Origin: a virus
Virus record (IMG/VR): IMGVR_UViG_3300044691_000338
Location: 7,853 to 71,852 of that record
DNA: 64,000 nucleotides
Direction: 5' to 3' (one strand)
Shown here: piece after piece, positions 33,833 through 43,006 of the stretch
How the letters are laid out: each line of letters opens with the position of its first letter
How positions within the stretch are numbered: position 1 is the stretch's first letter
Notes under the pieces: model-generated
Database searches by the model: none
What the model was told of the DNA's origin: nothing
What the model saw: the letters and a program-made list of their open reading frames with translations, nothing else
Position numbers and translations under genes: made by a program

Positions 33833-34150
33833 TTACTCCGCCCCCCGTTTGGCCTTCACGGCTTCGATCAGTTGCGCAGCATCGGCGATGCAGGTGAAGC
33901 AATATCGGCCCGACGGATCGGCATATTCCCCGATACGGACCAAACTCGGCACGTCCGCGCCACACGAGTTGCACCACCACAATTTGTCGTCGGGCTTGTG
34001 CTCAATCGACACATACTTCGCCCGCGGCGTGAGCGGTGGCGTCTCGGTCTCGACTGCTGCGATCAAATGGCACATTTCGGCCTGATCCTGCGCTTCGACG
34101 TTAAGGTCGCGCGCCAACATCAACAGCAGCTTCCGCTCGGCCGGCGTCAT
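33833..34150 (-). CDS. Hypothetical protein with CxxC...CxxC
   Basis: CNSC...CFTC; GGAGG RBS. Confidence 0.55.
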   Translation of the reverse strand: MTPAERKLLLMLARDLNVEAQDQAEMCHLIAAVETETPPLTPRAKYVSIEHKPDDKLWWCNSCGADVPSLVRIGEYADPSGRYCFTCIADAAQLIEAVKAKRGAE

Positions 34151-34461
34151 GGCTTCGTGGCCTCCTGGATCATCGCGTTCCACCAGCAATGAAGCGGTGT
34201 GTTCGGCGAGTGAAATTCTGTCGGCATGAAAGCGCCGTGCACCGCGGCCAACCCGATCATCCCATTGACCACTTCGGATACGGGGTGATCCTGGGCCGCT
34301 TTATGCATCGCCTCCGTGGCCTTGCGCGGCACGATCACGAACCCCGCGTCCGACAGGCGATCGATCAGCGCGCCCGCCATCTTGTCGTACTCGAGGTCGA
34401 TCTGGTGTTGTATTTGGTTCAGCGCGGCCAAGTAGGCAATGATCACTTCGCGTGGTGTCAT
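34147..34461 (-). CDS. Hypothetical protein
   Basis: VIVPRKATEAM...WWNAMI motif common in small phage proteins. Confidence 0.6.
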   Translation of the reverse strand: MTPREVIIAYLAALNQIQHQIDLEYDKMAGALIDRLSDAGFVIVPRKATEAMHKAAQDHPVSEVVNGMIGLAAVHGAFMPTEFHSPNTPLHCWWNAMIQEATKP

Positions 34462-35114
34462 GTCGCCGATCCCTCCGCGCCGCTCCACGTTTGATGCCAG
34501 CGGGTGCCCATTGGTGTCCGCACCCAACCGTGGCCGCCTCGGACCACCAGCCCATCGCCTTCCAGATGCGCCAGGATCGCCTCCATGCGGTCGACGGTCG
34601 TGCCTTCGCCAGCCGTGTTAGCACCGACCAGATACTGGATCGATACGCCCTCGCCTTCCTCCAGCAGCCCCAGCGCGGACACCATATCGCCCGGCGGCAC
34701 GATCTCGTGGTGCACCGCACGCGCATTGTGCGGCACCGCGCGAGATGCGCCGACCATGCCAGCCACGCCACTCTCGAATGTTCTGACTGTATCGCCTTCC
34801 TGCGGTTCCTCGCCTTCGAGCCAAGACGGGCCTTTGGCGGTCACAGCCTGACGGCGGGCTATCTCATCGCGCCAGATCCGGTGCCACGTCGAGCCCTTCT
34901 CGGTGAGGCGCCAGAGCCGCAGCTTACCGAACCAGCCCCTCTCTCCCTCGACAAGGCCGAGTTCGATCGCGAGCCGCCCCATGCGTCGGGGATCAGCATC
35001 GAGGTGCTTGGTCAGCCAGTCCGGAGTGCGCGGCATCTCATCCAACGCAGCCAGAACGGCGCCGACCGGCGGGCTGATCAGCGTCATCACCTCGCCAACA
35101 GAGGGAGCGGTCAT
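34458..35114 (-). CDS. Putative tandem winged-helix protein
   Basis: Two similar halves (L...GLV....W.LT..G..WH). Confidence 0.55.
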   Translation of the reverse strand: MTAPSVGEVMTLISPPVGAVLAALDEMPRTPDWLTKHLDADPRRMGRLAIELGLVEGERGWFGKLRLWRLTEKGSTWHRIWRDEIARRQAVTAKGPSWLEGEEPQEGDTVRTFESGVAGMVGASRAVPHNARAVHHEIVPPGDMVSALGLLEEGEGVSIQYLVGANTAGEGTTVDRMEAILAHLEGDGLVVRGGHGWVRTPMGTRWHQTWSGAEGSAT

Positions 35115-35449
35115 TGCTTCGGCCTCGCATAGTTAACGGCAATCAGATAGGCCAAGTACCGATGAAGGTGCTCTACCTGTTCCCACGACAGGCTCACATT
35201 CCCGTTAAAGTGAAATGCCCTGCCCGTTTCCTCGTTCACTGCATGATGAGTGGAGAAACGCAAACTAATCGTGCCCTCTGGCTGGTCTTCTTCAATTCCC
35301 ACGGACACCTCAACCTCATTCTCTCCGTCGACCAGACAAACGGAACTGTAACCACCATGCGGGACGATCTCGCCACGCTCGCGGACTGAAACCGTGGCCA
35401 GCACCGAAATCGTCAAGTCGGTCTGAAAATTCGGCATAAACTCGCTCAT
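35111..35449 (-). CDS. Hypothetical protein (AT-richer)
   Basis: ATGA-coupled on both sides. Confidence 0.55.
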   Translation of the reverse strand: MSEFMPNFQTDLTISVLATVSVRERGEIVPHGGYSSVCLVDGENEVEVSVGIEEDQPEGTISLRFSTHHAVNEETGRAFHFNGNVSLSWEQVEHLHRYLAYLIAVNYARPKQ

Positions 35450-35985
35450 CGCTTGCCCTTTCCTTTGGTTGGCGCCTGCCCAAGCACGTCGAGGGCGGCG
35501 CGCTGGTTTGGCTTGAAGAACGAGTGCGCCTCGCCCTTCACCTCGGTCGGCACCGCTGACGACAGGACTGGATTGCCCATCAACATGCCTCCCATCGTCG
35601 CACGCGGGCCTCGATTACCTGGAACTGGCTGCGGAAGCGGTTCGCTTGTCTGTCCCGCGCCATATATGATGGCCTCTTCCAATTCGTTGATCTTTGCCTG
35701 CATCCGCTCGCTGGCCGCGATCTGTTGATCGAATAGTCCCTTCGTTATGTCCTTTTCGCTTTCCAAGAACGCAATGCGGTCTTTGAGCGAAGCGATCTCC
35801 TGATCTTTGGCCGCGACGATCTGACTAATAGCATCAGCCAGATCACCTTCGCTTGGCCCGGACGCCTGGCCTTCCATGCTCTGGACGATCAGTGCCGCGA
35901 CAGAGGTGCTGGCGACAGCGGCGCGAGCCTGCCATCGCTCCCACGTCGCGTCGTCGAGCTTCATCGTGCGAACCTTGAGCGCCAT
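35446..35985 (-). CDS. Ribbon-helix-helix/coiled-coil DNA-binding protein
   Basis: MALKVRTMKLDDATWERWQARAA...SVAALIVQSME; GAGGG RBS. Confidence 0.65.
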   Translation of the reverse strand: MALKVRTMKLDDATWERWQARAAVASTSVAALIVQSMEGQASGPSEGDLADAISQIVAAKDQEIASLKDRIAFLESEKDITKGLFDQQIAASERMQAKINELEEAIIYGAGQTSEPLPQPVPGNRGPRATMGGMLMGNPVLSSAVPTEVKGEAHSFFKPNQRAALDVLGQAPTKGKGKR

Positions 35986-36009
35986 CCGATTCCCTCTGTC
36001 AGACAGCAG

Positions 36010-36051
36010 CGGTATATACCGGCTCGGATTGGATCGCCACCGGTATATACC
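36010..36051. promoter_or_regulatory. Paired palindromic operator CGGTATATACC(G), copies 31 bp apart
   Basis: 36010-36021 perfect 12-bp palindrome and 36041-36051, between divergent genes. Confidence 0.65.
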
Positions 36052-36089
36052 CATTGACCCGACCACGCCGCGCCACGCTATCGCGGTGC

Positions 36090-36434
36090 ATGACCCCATT
36101 GCACGTCTACGCCACGCTCAGCGCCGTCGAGGAAAGCCAGATGCTCGGCTTCATCATCAGGCGCGACGACTGGCGCGATATCTTCCTGGCGATCACCGAT
36201 ACGCTGGCGGGCGATGGACAACAGAGCATCAAACTGACCGCCGCCCGATACGTGGGCCCCGTGCGGATCGGCGAGCGATGGAGTGTCGTTATCGTCGGGC
36301 AGGCGCGGTTCGACGTGCTCTATGACCCCTCTCAGGCGCGGATATACCGCGTGGCGCAGCCGAGGGATTTAGCGGGCGCGATGGCTCATGTCCCAAGCCA
36401 ACCGAGCCCAGGCGCGTTCATAGATCCCGCCTGA
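36090..36434 (+). CDS. Hypothetical protein, antisense orientation, overlapping the TerL 3' end
   Basis: 114-aa ORF divergent from the RHH gene. Confidence 0.5.
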   Translation: MTPLHVYATLSAVEESQMLGFIIRRDDWRDIFLAITDTLAGDGQQSIKLTAARYVGPVRIGERWSVVIVGQARFDVLYDPSQARIYRVAQPRDLAGAMAHVPSQPSPGAFIDPA

Positions 36435-37978
36435 ATCTGCTGCACGCTGGCCACGCGGCGCACCGGGCGGTCCTTCACGGGTTCAGCGAATGTCAAAACC
36501 ACCGCGTCCCATTCGTCACTGCTTCGAATGCCGCGAGCACGTATTTGCTCTTTGCTTTCAAGGACAAGCGCCTGATCGGTGGTCCGATAACTGAACCGCG
36601 GACCAGTGGCGTCCATCTGCAAGCTGTCGAGGTCGGGCAGATCGGCGCCGCCCTCCTGTTCGAGCCACATCTTGGAGCGCATCCACATTTCGGCCCTGCG
36701 ATTGGCCGGGCCAGCCCGCTTGGTTCCGTCACGCTCAATCAGCACCTCTGTCTGCGGTTTCCCGCCGAAATTGACCAAAACACAGGTGCTTTCGAACGGT
36801 TCGCCCCATGAGGTCAGCAGGTCGAACAGCCGATCGCCACCGCCGCCCGCATCAATGAACATCTTCACCGGGCAATGCTGCTCAACGATATCCTTGAGCC
36901 AAGCCAAGGCCTCGGGTGTGCCGATCTTGTTGCGGCTCTCGATCTTCAGCACCTTGCGACCCTTGCGCCACGCCACGCTGAACCGATCGTCACCGAACCG
37001 GGCCGGATCCACGCCAACCACCAGCGGCCCAATGCCTTCCTTCGTGGTCTTGCGCGCCGCGATGACCAGATCGGGCGGGATGTAGCTCGCTTTGCCGGTT
37101 GCCTCAAACATTTCTGTTGCGGATGCAGGATATTCGATCTTGAAAAGTTTCGGGTCCTTCAGCTCCGCGACCTTCGCTCGGCGCCATACCATTTGATTGA
37201 GCGAAAGCCCGTAAAGCTGGCAATACCGCTCCTCTTCCTCGTCTAGAACAAACCCTTCCGGCACCTCGCGGGCGTACTCGAGCGTCCAGAAGTAGGGCAC
37301 GAATATCGCCTCGTAGTCGCCAATTCCCGCCTCGGCCTGCTGCCACCGCTCGAAATACTCGCCCGCCGGTCCGTCGCCCGTGCTCTCCAGCACAATCTCC
37401 GTATCGGGCAAATCAGGCACGGCCTGCACGATGCCAGCGAAGTGACCTGCGGCGTTCGGACTGTGCGCGATTTCACTCCAATGCAGCATGCGCAGCGTCT
37501 TTGACCGGCCCGCGCCCGTTGTCCTGGCCGTGCCCACCGAATAACCGCCGTCGAGGATATCGAACTCAAGCTCCTTGGCGTTGTCGTTCGCCGTCGATGG
37601 CCGGATCGGGTTGTGCTTCTGAAAGCGCGCGATCACCTTGAACAGCGTGTCGGTCGCGTCCTGCTCGTGCGTCAGGATATGACAGCGGGTGCCGCGCCAG
37701 AGTGTGGCCCGGTGGTAGAATCTGGCGCCGACGTAAGTGCTGACCGTGGTTTGCCGGCCCTTGCCGATAATCGCCCGCACGCGGCCGGTCCTGGCCTTCT
37801 GCGCCTCGATACGCTCGTGCAGATAGGTCTGGGTGCGATTGAAGATCAGCGGCACCGTCGCCCCGCTCTTATCCTCGATCTTGAGGCATTCCCTGGCGAA
37901 CAGCGGCAAACTGTCCCGCAACCGTTCCAGAGCCCGCAGGTGGCGCTTCTCGCGCTCGGCCGCGAGGGTCGTGCTCAA
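36386..37978 (-). CDS. terL: Terminase large subunit
   Basis: PLIFN..Q, IIGKGRQTTVST (Walker A variant), LHWSE, LESTG, GVDPARFGDDR, NRRAEMW, SSDEWDAVVLTFA. Confidence 0.95.
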   Translation of the reverse strand: MSTTLAAEREKRHLRALERLRDSLPLFARECLKIEDKSGATVPLIFNRTQTYLHERIEAQKARTGRVRAIIGKGRQTTVSTYVGARFYHRATLWRGTRCHILTHEQDATDTLFKVIARFQKHNPIRPSTANDNAKELEFDILDGGYSVGTARTTGAGRSKTLRMLHWSEIAHSPNAAGHFAGIVQAVPDLPDTEIVLESTGDGPAGEYFERWQQAEAGIGDYEAIFVPYFWTLEYAREVPEGFVLDEEEERYCQLYGLSLNQMVWRRAKVAELKDPKLFKIEYPASATEMFEATGKASYIPPDLVIAARKTTKEGIGPLVVGVDPARFGDDRFSVAWRKGRKVLKIESRNKIGTPEALAWLKDIVEQHCPVKMFIDAGGGGDRLFDLLTSWGEPFESTCVLVNFGGKPQTEVLIERDGTKRAGPANRRAEMWMRSKMWLEQEGGADLPDLDSLQMDATGPRFSYRTTDQALVLESKEQIRARGIRSSDEWDAVVLTFAEPVKDRPVRRVASVQQIQAGSMNAPGLGWLGT

Positions 37979-38048
37979 CTAACGGGCCTCTGACACTCGT
38001 ACAGACGATACGGACACTCGCAAACGGTCGTTTTATCAGGTGGCCGAC

Positions 38049-38345
38049 TCATGATTTTCCGCCAGGAACCATTACCGTCATACCGGCGACCTCTTGCGCT
38101 TGCCACCCGCTGTCGAACGCCTGCACGGCATCCTTGCTTGGGACCAGATCAAACGGCATCTGCCGACGATAGCGCCACGCAAGCCTGATAATGTGGCGCC
38201 TCTGCCGTTCGGTCAGCTTCTCAATTGGAACGGTAGCGACATCGCGGGCGAACCTCTTGTTGGGGTGCCCCGGGAGGAACCTGACGCGAGCCAGAGCCAC
38301 CCGCATTCTGTCCATGGTCCCGCCAGGAAGGTCCGTGACGCTCAT
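38049..38345 (-). CDS. Hypothetical protein
   Basis: FLPGHPNKRFARD...LTERQ...LAWRYRRQ. Confidence 0.6.
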   Translation of the reverse strand: MSVTDLPGGTMDRMRVALARVRFLPGHPNKRFARDVATVPIEKLTERQRRHIIRLAWRYRRQMPFDLVPSKDAVQAFDSGWQAQEVAGMTVMVPGGKS

Positions 38346-38620
38346 GCGCGGCGCCTCTCGCGCTTGTCCCACACGATCGTTCGCCACGGCATGCCGGCGG
38401 CGATTTCGTCACGGCCGGCTGCCAGGCTCATGCGCTCAACCGTCAATTTCCACGTCACTTCGCTGAAGGGGTTAACCCTGCTGTTAACCCTTCTCGCGGA
38501 CAGAATGCGGTATGATCGCCGCACGCGCGGACCATCTCCCATGAGGATCGCGCCGATCGGTGGCGGACCGTCGCTCGCAGGCATGCGGTAACTGATCACT
38601 GGCGCGCGCCGCTGCTTCAT
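38342..38620 (-). CDS. Hypothetical protein
   Basis: ATGA coupling. Confidence 0.55.
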   Translation of the reverse strand: MKQRRAPVISYRMPASDGPPPIGAILMGDGPRVRRSYRILSARRVNSRVNPFSEVTWKLTVERMSLAAGRDEIAAGMPWRTIVWDKRERRRA

Positions 38621-38786
38621 CGCTTGCTCGTTCCTGCTGGCTGCTCAGGCTTCCATTCCTCGCACTTCGGTGCATCGTTCCACTCAGCCTCGCGATCGAA
38701 CCGGTAACACCACGGGCCGTATTCGGTGCCTTCGTCGCTATCATACGGCCCGTCGTAATGGTGGCATTGGCAACAGTGACGCTCGC

Positions 38787-39128
38787 TCACCGGCCGAGCC
38801 TGTCGAGCAAGCCCTCCATGCTCTCGTTGACGCTGTGCTCCAAGGGCTGCGTCGCCTTGCCGTAAGCGCGGTCCATGATCTTGTCCATCGCCAGCACCTG
38901 CGCTGTGTCGTTGGTCGTTGGCTGGATCTTCGGGAAACGCTCTACCGGCTCCGCCAAGCCCGCTTTGATCGCGAGGCCAAGGATGGCGTCAGGCCCATAT
39001 TGCTGCGCCAACGCGCGAACATCAGCCGTAGTCTTATTCGGGACGCCCTTGATCCTGCCCATGCCAGCGGCTGGCGGCATCGTGCCTTTGGCGCGGCCCC
39101 TGGGTTTGCCGGTAGGCTTGCGTGGCAT
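38787..39128 (-). CDS. Terminase small subunit-like protein
   Basis: GRIKGVPNKTT...A...IMDRAYGKATQ pattern; upstream of TerL. Confidence 0.75.
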   Translation of the reverse strand: MPRKPTGKPRGRAKGTMPPAAGMGRIKGVPNKTTADVRALAQQYGPDAILGLAIKAGLAEPVERFPKIQPTTNDTAQVLAMDKIMDRAYGKATQPLEHSVNESMEGLLDRLGR

Positions 39129-39171
39129 TTCAACACACCGCCAACATTCTATTGAAATCACATCTCACATG

Positions 39172-39207
39172 AAAACGGCCCGCCCGATTGCTCTGGGTGC
39201 GGGCCGC
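39172..39207 (-). terminator. Rho-independent terminator upstream of terS
   Basis: Minus strand CGGCCCGC..CCC..GGGCGGGCCG-TTTTC. Confidence 0.6.
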
Positions 39208-39234
39208 TGTCTTACAGTATCGAACTCGTGACGA

Positions 39235-39444
39235 TCAGCCGCGCGCTTTCTCGCCGCCGGACCCGAGCCATCCGGCCGGGGGATCACGGTCGAGCGTGTG
39301 CGGGTTGGCGGGCGCGCTGGACTCGATGGGATAGCGCGTGCTGCCGGGGCGCGAGCCCGAGCCGACCGAGGTGTCGAGCTTGGCACTGGACTGAGGTGGT
39401 GCTTTCACGGTGCCTTTGACGGCACTCCCGAGCGGACCGGACAT
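39235..39444 (-). CDS. Small G/S/P-rich protein (69 aa)
   Basis: AAGGAG RBS; followed by terminator. Confidence 0.6.
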   Translation of the reverse strand: MSGPLGSAVKGTVKAPPQSSAKLDTSVGSGSRPGSTRYPIESSAPANPHTLDRDPPAGWLGSGGEKARG

Positions 39445-39508
39445 GATGAACTCCTTGGAGCGAGGCGTTGTTGCAACGGGGGCGAACCTACTCAGGTGTC
39501 CGTTGTCG

Positions 39509-39538
39509 TTGCAAGCCCGCTGTGTGCGGCGGTATTGT
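39509..39538 (+). promoter_or_regulatory. Putative sigma70-type promoter for the peptide gene
   Basis: TTGCAA-18 nt-TATTGT. Confidence 0.4.
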
Positions 39539-39577
39539 GCCGTCGCCGCGATTGGACGGCAATCGATGGAGATTGCA

Positions 39578-39688
39578 ATGAAACCGACACAAACAGCGCC
39601 AGCGACACCGAAAGCCGACCCGGCGACGAAGGATGCCGGCCGAGTGCATATGGGCGCAGGCATGAGGCGAGGACCGAACGACTTCTGA
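39578..39688 (+). CDS. 36-aa peptide MKPTQTAPATPKADPATKDAGRVHMGAGMRRGPNDF
   Basis: GGAG RBS 6 nt upstream; own terminator; opposite strand to all neighbours. Confidence 0.65.
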   Translation: MKPTQTAPATPKADPATKDAGRVHMGAGMRRGPNDF

Positions 39689-39707
39689 TCTGACTGACAG
39701 CCGACCG

Positions 39708-39740
39708 GGCTGGCGATCCGTGGGGTTGCCGGCCTTTTCT
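39708..39740 (+). terminator. Rho-independent terminator after the peptide gene
   Basis: GGCTGGCGATCC-GTG-GGGTTGCCGGCC-TTTTCT. Confidence 0.7.
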
Positions 39741-39951
39741 ATGTCCGGAGGTTGGCCCGCTCCCACTCGGCCAGGCTCTGATGCTCCGGTTCGGGCTCTT
39801 CTTGGCTTGGCGACGTGCGTTTGTCGCGTTGGCGTATCTGGTGGATCACCAACAGATCGCCGACAAATCCGGCCATGTTGGCGAGCACAATCAGTCCGAC
39901 AACAAGGACGACCGCGGCGAGGATGATGCCGGCGGCGATATCGATGATCAT
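39739..39951 (-). CDS. Small membrane protein
   Basis: MIIDIAAGIILAAVVLVVGLIVLA TM helix. Confidence 0.55.
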   Translation of the reverse strand: MIIDIAAGIILAAVVLVVGLIVLANMAGFVGDLLVIHQIRQRDKRTSPSQEEPEPEHQSLAEWERANLRT

Positions 39952-40202
39952 GGATCGAGACAGACATGCTCGTTGGTGCCGAGGACGGTGTAGTCCCTGC
40001 CGTAGATGCAGCCTGAACAGCCAGCGATGCTGACGATCAGCAGCATCGGTATCGCCCGCCAGATCGCTCGGCCGAGTTGCCGTGCGAGTCGCCGGTAGAG
40101 GGCGGCGGTCTCTTCCTCGCTGCGCTGCATCCGGCGCGACTCGGCCCAATCCCAGATGACATGATCGGGCAGGCCGAGGATGAACCAGCCGGGGACGCTC
40201 AT
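39948..40202 (-). CDS. Small membrane/lipoprotein-like protein
   Basis: AIPMLLIVSIAGC; ATGA coupling. Confidence 0.45.
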   Translation of the reverse strand: MSVPGWFILGLPDHVIWDWAESRRMQRSEEETAALYRRLARQLGRAIWRAIPMLLIVSIAGCSGCIYGRDYTVLGTNEHVCLDP

Positions 40203-40621
40203 GGCTCGCACGCGCCACGACGTATCCAATACGTGATGGCCTTCCGAATCGTCTCTGTCCTTGTCACCCGATCATCGGTCCGACGCCTCTCATCAGCGCA
40301 AAATGCGTCAAGATCGCGCAGTTCGTCCTCCGACAGGCGGAGTATTATTGTCCAGCCACATGTGGGCCGCTCTGCCGGCGGCTCGATTGTCAGCATCTCA
40401 GCCTGAAACTCAAACCACTCTCCTGTCGCCCGCACTCCCGAGAAAAACCCGTGAAGCCAGACTTCAGCCCACCTTGGGGCATCCTCTATCGTCCGCAGAA
40501 CGATCAAAGGATACGGTTGCCCCGTTTGAAGTTTGGCACGGCGAGAGAACAAAGTTCCGTGGTCTGTAGTCCACCCGATCTTGACATGACCAGATTCCCC
40601 GGCCCGCATAAAATAGATCAT
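40199..40621 (-). CDS. GIY-YIG (T5orf172/MUG113-like) domain fused to RHH-like C-terminus
   Basis: MIYFMRAGESGHVKIGWT...R...LQTG.P..L...E..LH..F...GEWF; IILRLSEDELRDLD...TRTETIRKAI. Confidence 0.8.
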   Translation of the reverse strand: MIYFMRAGESGHVKIGWTTDHGTLFSRRAKLQTGQPYPLIVLRTIEDAPRWAEVWLHGFFSGVRATGEWFEFQAEMLTIEPPAERPTCGWTIILRLSEDELRDLDAFCADERRRTDDRVTRTETIRKAITYWIRRGACEP

Positions 40622-40836
40622 GCCACGACACGCAAACCAGGAGGATCCGACAGGAAATCCACCCCCCGTTCCATGAGGGCGCGTTCCACGGCCGCCACGT
40701 TGTTCGGGTGCATGACTGACTTGCCTAGTTCCCATGTCATGATGGAGTTTTTATTCAGCCCGGCCAGCTCCGCCAGATCGGACTGAGTTAGGTCTAGCCA
40801 GGCGCGAGCGGCCCGACATTGAAGATGTGTGATCAT
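40618..40836 (-). CDS. XRE-family transcriptional regulator
   Basis: QCRAARAWLDLTQSDLAELAGL...IMTWE.G...ALMERGVDF. Confidence 0.85.
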   Translation of the reverse strand: MITHLQCRAARAWLDLTQSDLAELAGLNKNSIMTWELGKSVMHPNNVAAVERALMERGVDFLSDPPGLRVVA

Positions 40837-41038
40837 GCCGAGAGACTAGACATTGAGATATACTCCGTCAACGCAACCCTACACGGCTAACTATGAATTT
40901 TTCCCATGAGTAGCGATAGAATCGATTGACATGGCAATTTAACGTCCGATATGCTTTTTTCCGAACCACGAAGTCAGCGGAGGACACAGGTCCTGCCGAC
41001 AACTGGAACCTGTTGTCCTCCAGAACAGGGGACAGAAA

Positions 41039-41641
41039 ATGGCAGTAACGACGCTAAGCCGTGCCTTTAACGAAGCATATGGCCGCTTCCCTCCCCTTGT
41101 GAGGGTCCGGCGACTCGCCAGTGAGGCATGGAGCCTCAGACCACGCGGTGTCGATGTAGCCAGCCGGCGGAGCCATCTCACCGCCGCTCTGGCGACCGAG
41201 ATGACATATGCGATGCTGCTCAACTGGGAACCGGGCATCGCGGAACAGTTGGTGGACCGGGTTCTCGGGGAAGCCGAGCCGGCGGTAAGCAGGGCGGCGC
41301 GGCTGGCGGCGCAGAAATTGGCCGCACAGAAGGTGATTGCTGGCGCACGGAAACCGACCGTCGTCCCTGATAAGCGCCAGCGGGACGAGATTATACGGGA
41401 CCAACGGCGAGAGACGATCGTCAAGACTGCGGCCAAGCTGTCAAAGCTCGACACGTTTCTGGTCAATGCGCGACCGATCGGGGATTGCACGCCCGAGGAA
41501 GCCGAGGGATGGGCAGGAAGCCGCGAACGGGATGCGCGATTTGTCCGGCTGCTGATCTCTGGCTTGCCACCGGACAGGCCGATCCGAGAGAGCATAAAAG
41601 CAGACGAGGCAGATAGCATATACGAGAAAGCCGAGACCTGA
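41039..41641 (+). CDS. Hypothetical protein (200 aa)
   Basis: AGGGG RBS; TTGACA-type promoter near 40927. Confidence 0.65.
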   Translation: MAVTTLSRAFNEAYGRFPPLVRVRRLASEAWSLRPRGVDVASRRSHLTAALATEMTYAMLLNWEPGIAEQLVDRVLGEAEPAVSRAARLAAQKLAAQKVIAGARKPTVVPDKRQRDEIIRDQRRETIVKTAAKLSKLDTFLVNARPIGDCTPEEAEGWAGSRERDARFVRLLISGLPPDRPIRESIKADEADSIYEKAET

Positions 41642-41663
41642 AATACGAACAGTTCGGAGACCG

Positions 41664-41897
41664 GTGACACCAGCCTTGAAGCGGGAGGTCCGGACCACCG
41701 GACTGACCGCGAAGGGGTTCGCCGCGATCGTCGGACTGGACGAGGATACGGTGTGCGGGTGGGGGAAAAAGCACCGTCGGGGGCGCGGCATACAGCATGA
41801 GCCCATCTGGGCGTGGCACCTGGTACGGGCCTGGACACGCTACCCTGAACTGCTGCGGGAGGCGGTCGCCGAAGCGCACGCGGATGTGGAGCAATGA
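41664..41897 (+). CDS. Small HTH protein
   Basis: GLTAKGFAAIVGLDEDTVCGWG...P.WAW.LV. Confidence 0.6.
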   Translation: MTPALKREVRTTGLTAKGFAAIVGLDEDTVCGWGKKHRRGRGIQHEPIWAWHLVRAWTRYPELLREAVAEAHADVEQ

Positions 41898-41906
41898 CGG
41901 GCGATG

Positions 41907-42089
41907 TCATGCCGCCTTCCTAGGGCGTCCACGCTTTGGCTTGTCCTCGTCAGCGGCGTCGTCAACGGCGAGACCGCGCCTGATCAGAACGGTTGCCATG
42001 TTGGTGGTAGAGCGAGTCTCGCGCTTGGCGCGGGCTCGCAGGGCTTCGGCATCCTCATCGGACAGCCACACATGGATATCGTTTGCCAT
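41907..42089 (-). CDS. Arc/RHH-like regulator
   Basis: IHVWLSDEDAEALRARAKRETRSTTNMATVLIRRGL; AT-hook-like KRGRPRK. Confidence 0.75.
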   Translation of the reverse strand: MANDIHVWLSDEDAEALRARAKRETRSTTNMATVLIRRGLAVDDAADEDKPKRGRPRKAA

Positions 42090-42351
42090 GTCCGATATGT
42101 CGCATGCCGATTTCTTAAAATCAATCCCATTTCTGGATTGACCGTCCTGTATAAATGTGGGAGTAATTATCTCGGAGACCCGATTAACGCCTACCGGAGA
42201 GGACCAAACCGATATGCCCTTTCTGGCTTCCCCGTGGAGCGAGGATCACCAAATGCCCAGTCTTATCGCCACTTACACCATTGATCCCGAGCGAGATAGA
42301 GGAAATGCTGGCGGCTGACATCATCGCGTGGACAGACACCGGGAGGGCCGC

Positions 42352-42738
42352 ATGACCGAATTGTCCCTCTACGCCCTTGATGGGGTTTGCCACAACGCCG
42401 AGCCCGGCACCTATGGCCATGAATGCGGCAAGCCGGCGAAGTTCCTGGGCACCGCGGCGAACGGCATGACATCTGGATTCTGCGCCGACTGCCAGAAGTG
42501 GGGATACGAGGCCAAGGGACGGACCAACTGGCGGTCAGTCGGCAATCCATGGCGCGTGGAGCAGTGGCGATCACCTAACGGGGACTGGCGAGGCTGGAAG
42601 GTTATTCGTGACCGCGACGACCAGCCGCCAGAAGTTGCCGATGCTATTCCGACGATCGAGGGGCCGACTGAATGGCGCATCCGCACTGCGATGAAAACCC
42701 TCGCTGTCGATCTGAACCGGAAGGAACTGGCATCATGA
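42352..42738 (+). CDS. Hypothetical protein (Cys/His motif)
   Basis: GGAGG RBS; CHN...HECGKPA...FCADC. Confidence 0.6.
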   Translation: MTELSLYALDGVCHNAEPGTYGHECGKPAKFLGTAANGMTSGFCADCQKWGYEAKGRTNWRSVGNPWRVEQWRSPNGDWRGWKVIRDRDDQPPEVADAIPTIEGPTEWRIRTAMKTLAVDLNRKELAS

Positions 42739-42962
42739 AACTCACGCTCACACCCACCGCGACCATCGACACCGTTGGCGGCACCATCCCGGCCCGTATC
42801 TGGGAGGGCACCACGGACGCCGGTGTCCCGGTGAAAGCCTGGATCGCCGTGTTGCAGCCGCAGACCCATAACGAAGCGTTGTTGGCTGAGTTCAATCGCG
42901 AACTGAAAGAGGTTCCGGCGAAGCGCGAGTTGACCAGTTTCGACATCCGACTGGTGATGTGA
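42735..42962 (+). CDS. Hypothetical protein
   Basis: MKLTLTPT...PARIWEGTTDAGVPV; ATGA coupling. Confidence 0.65.
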   Translation: MKLTLTPTATIDTVGGTIPARIWEGTTDAGVPVKAWIAVLQPQTHNEALLAEFNRELKEVPAKRELTSFDIRLVM

Positions 42963-43006
42963 AACCGGCCTGTAATCCTTCCCGCCGTAGGCAGGCGTGG
43001 CAACCA

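Noticed and set aside
37735-37775. Atypical TerL Walker A (GKGRQTTVST) suggesting an inactive terminase
   Set aside because: Key K, RQ and ST residues and all downstream motifs are present; most likely a natural variant
38471-38490. GTTAACCC direct repeat as a CtrA box
   Set aside because: Spacing is TTAA-N8-TTAA rather than N7, and it lies within a coding region
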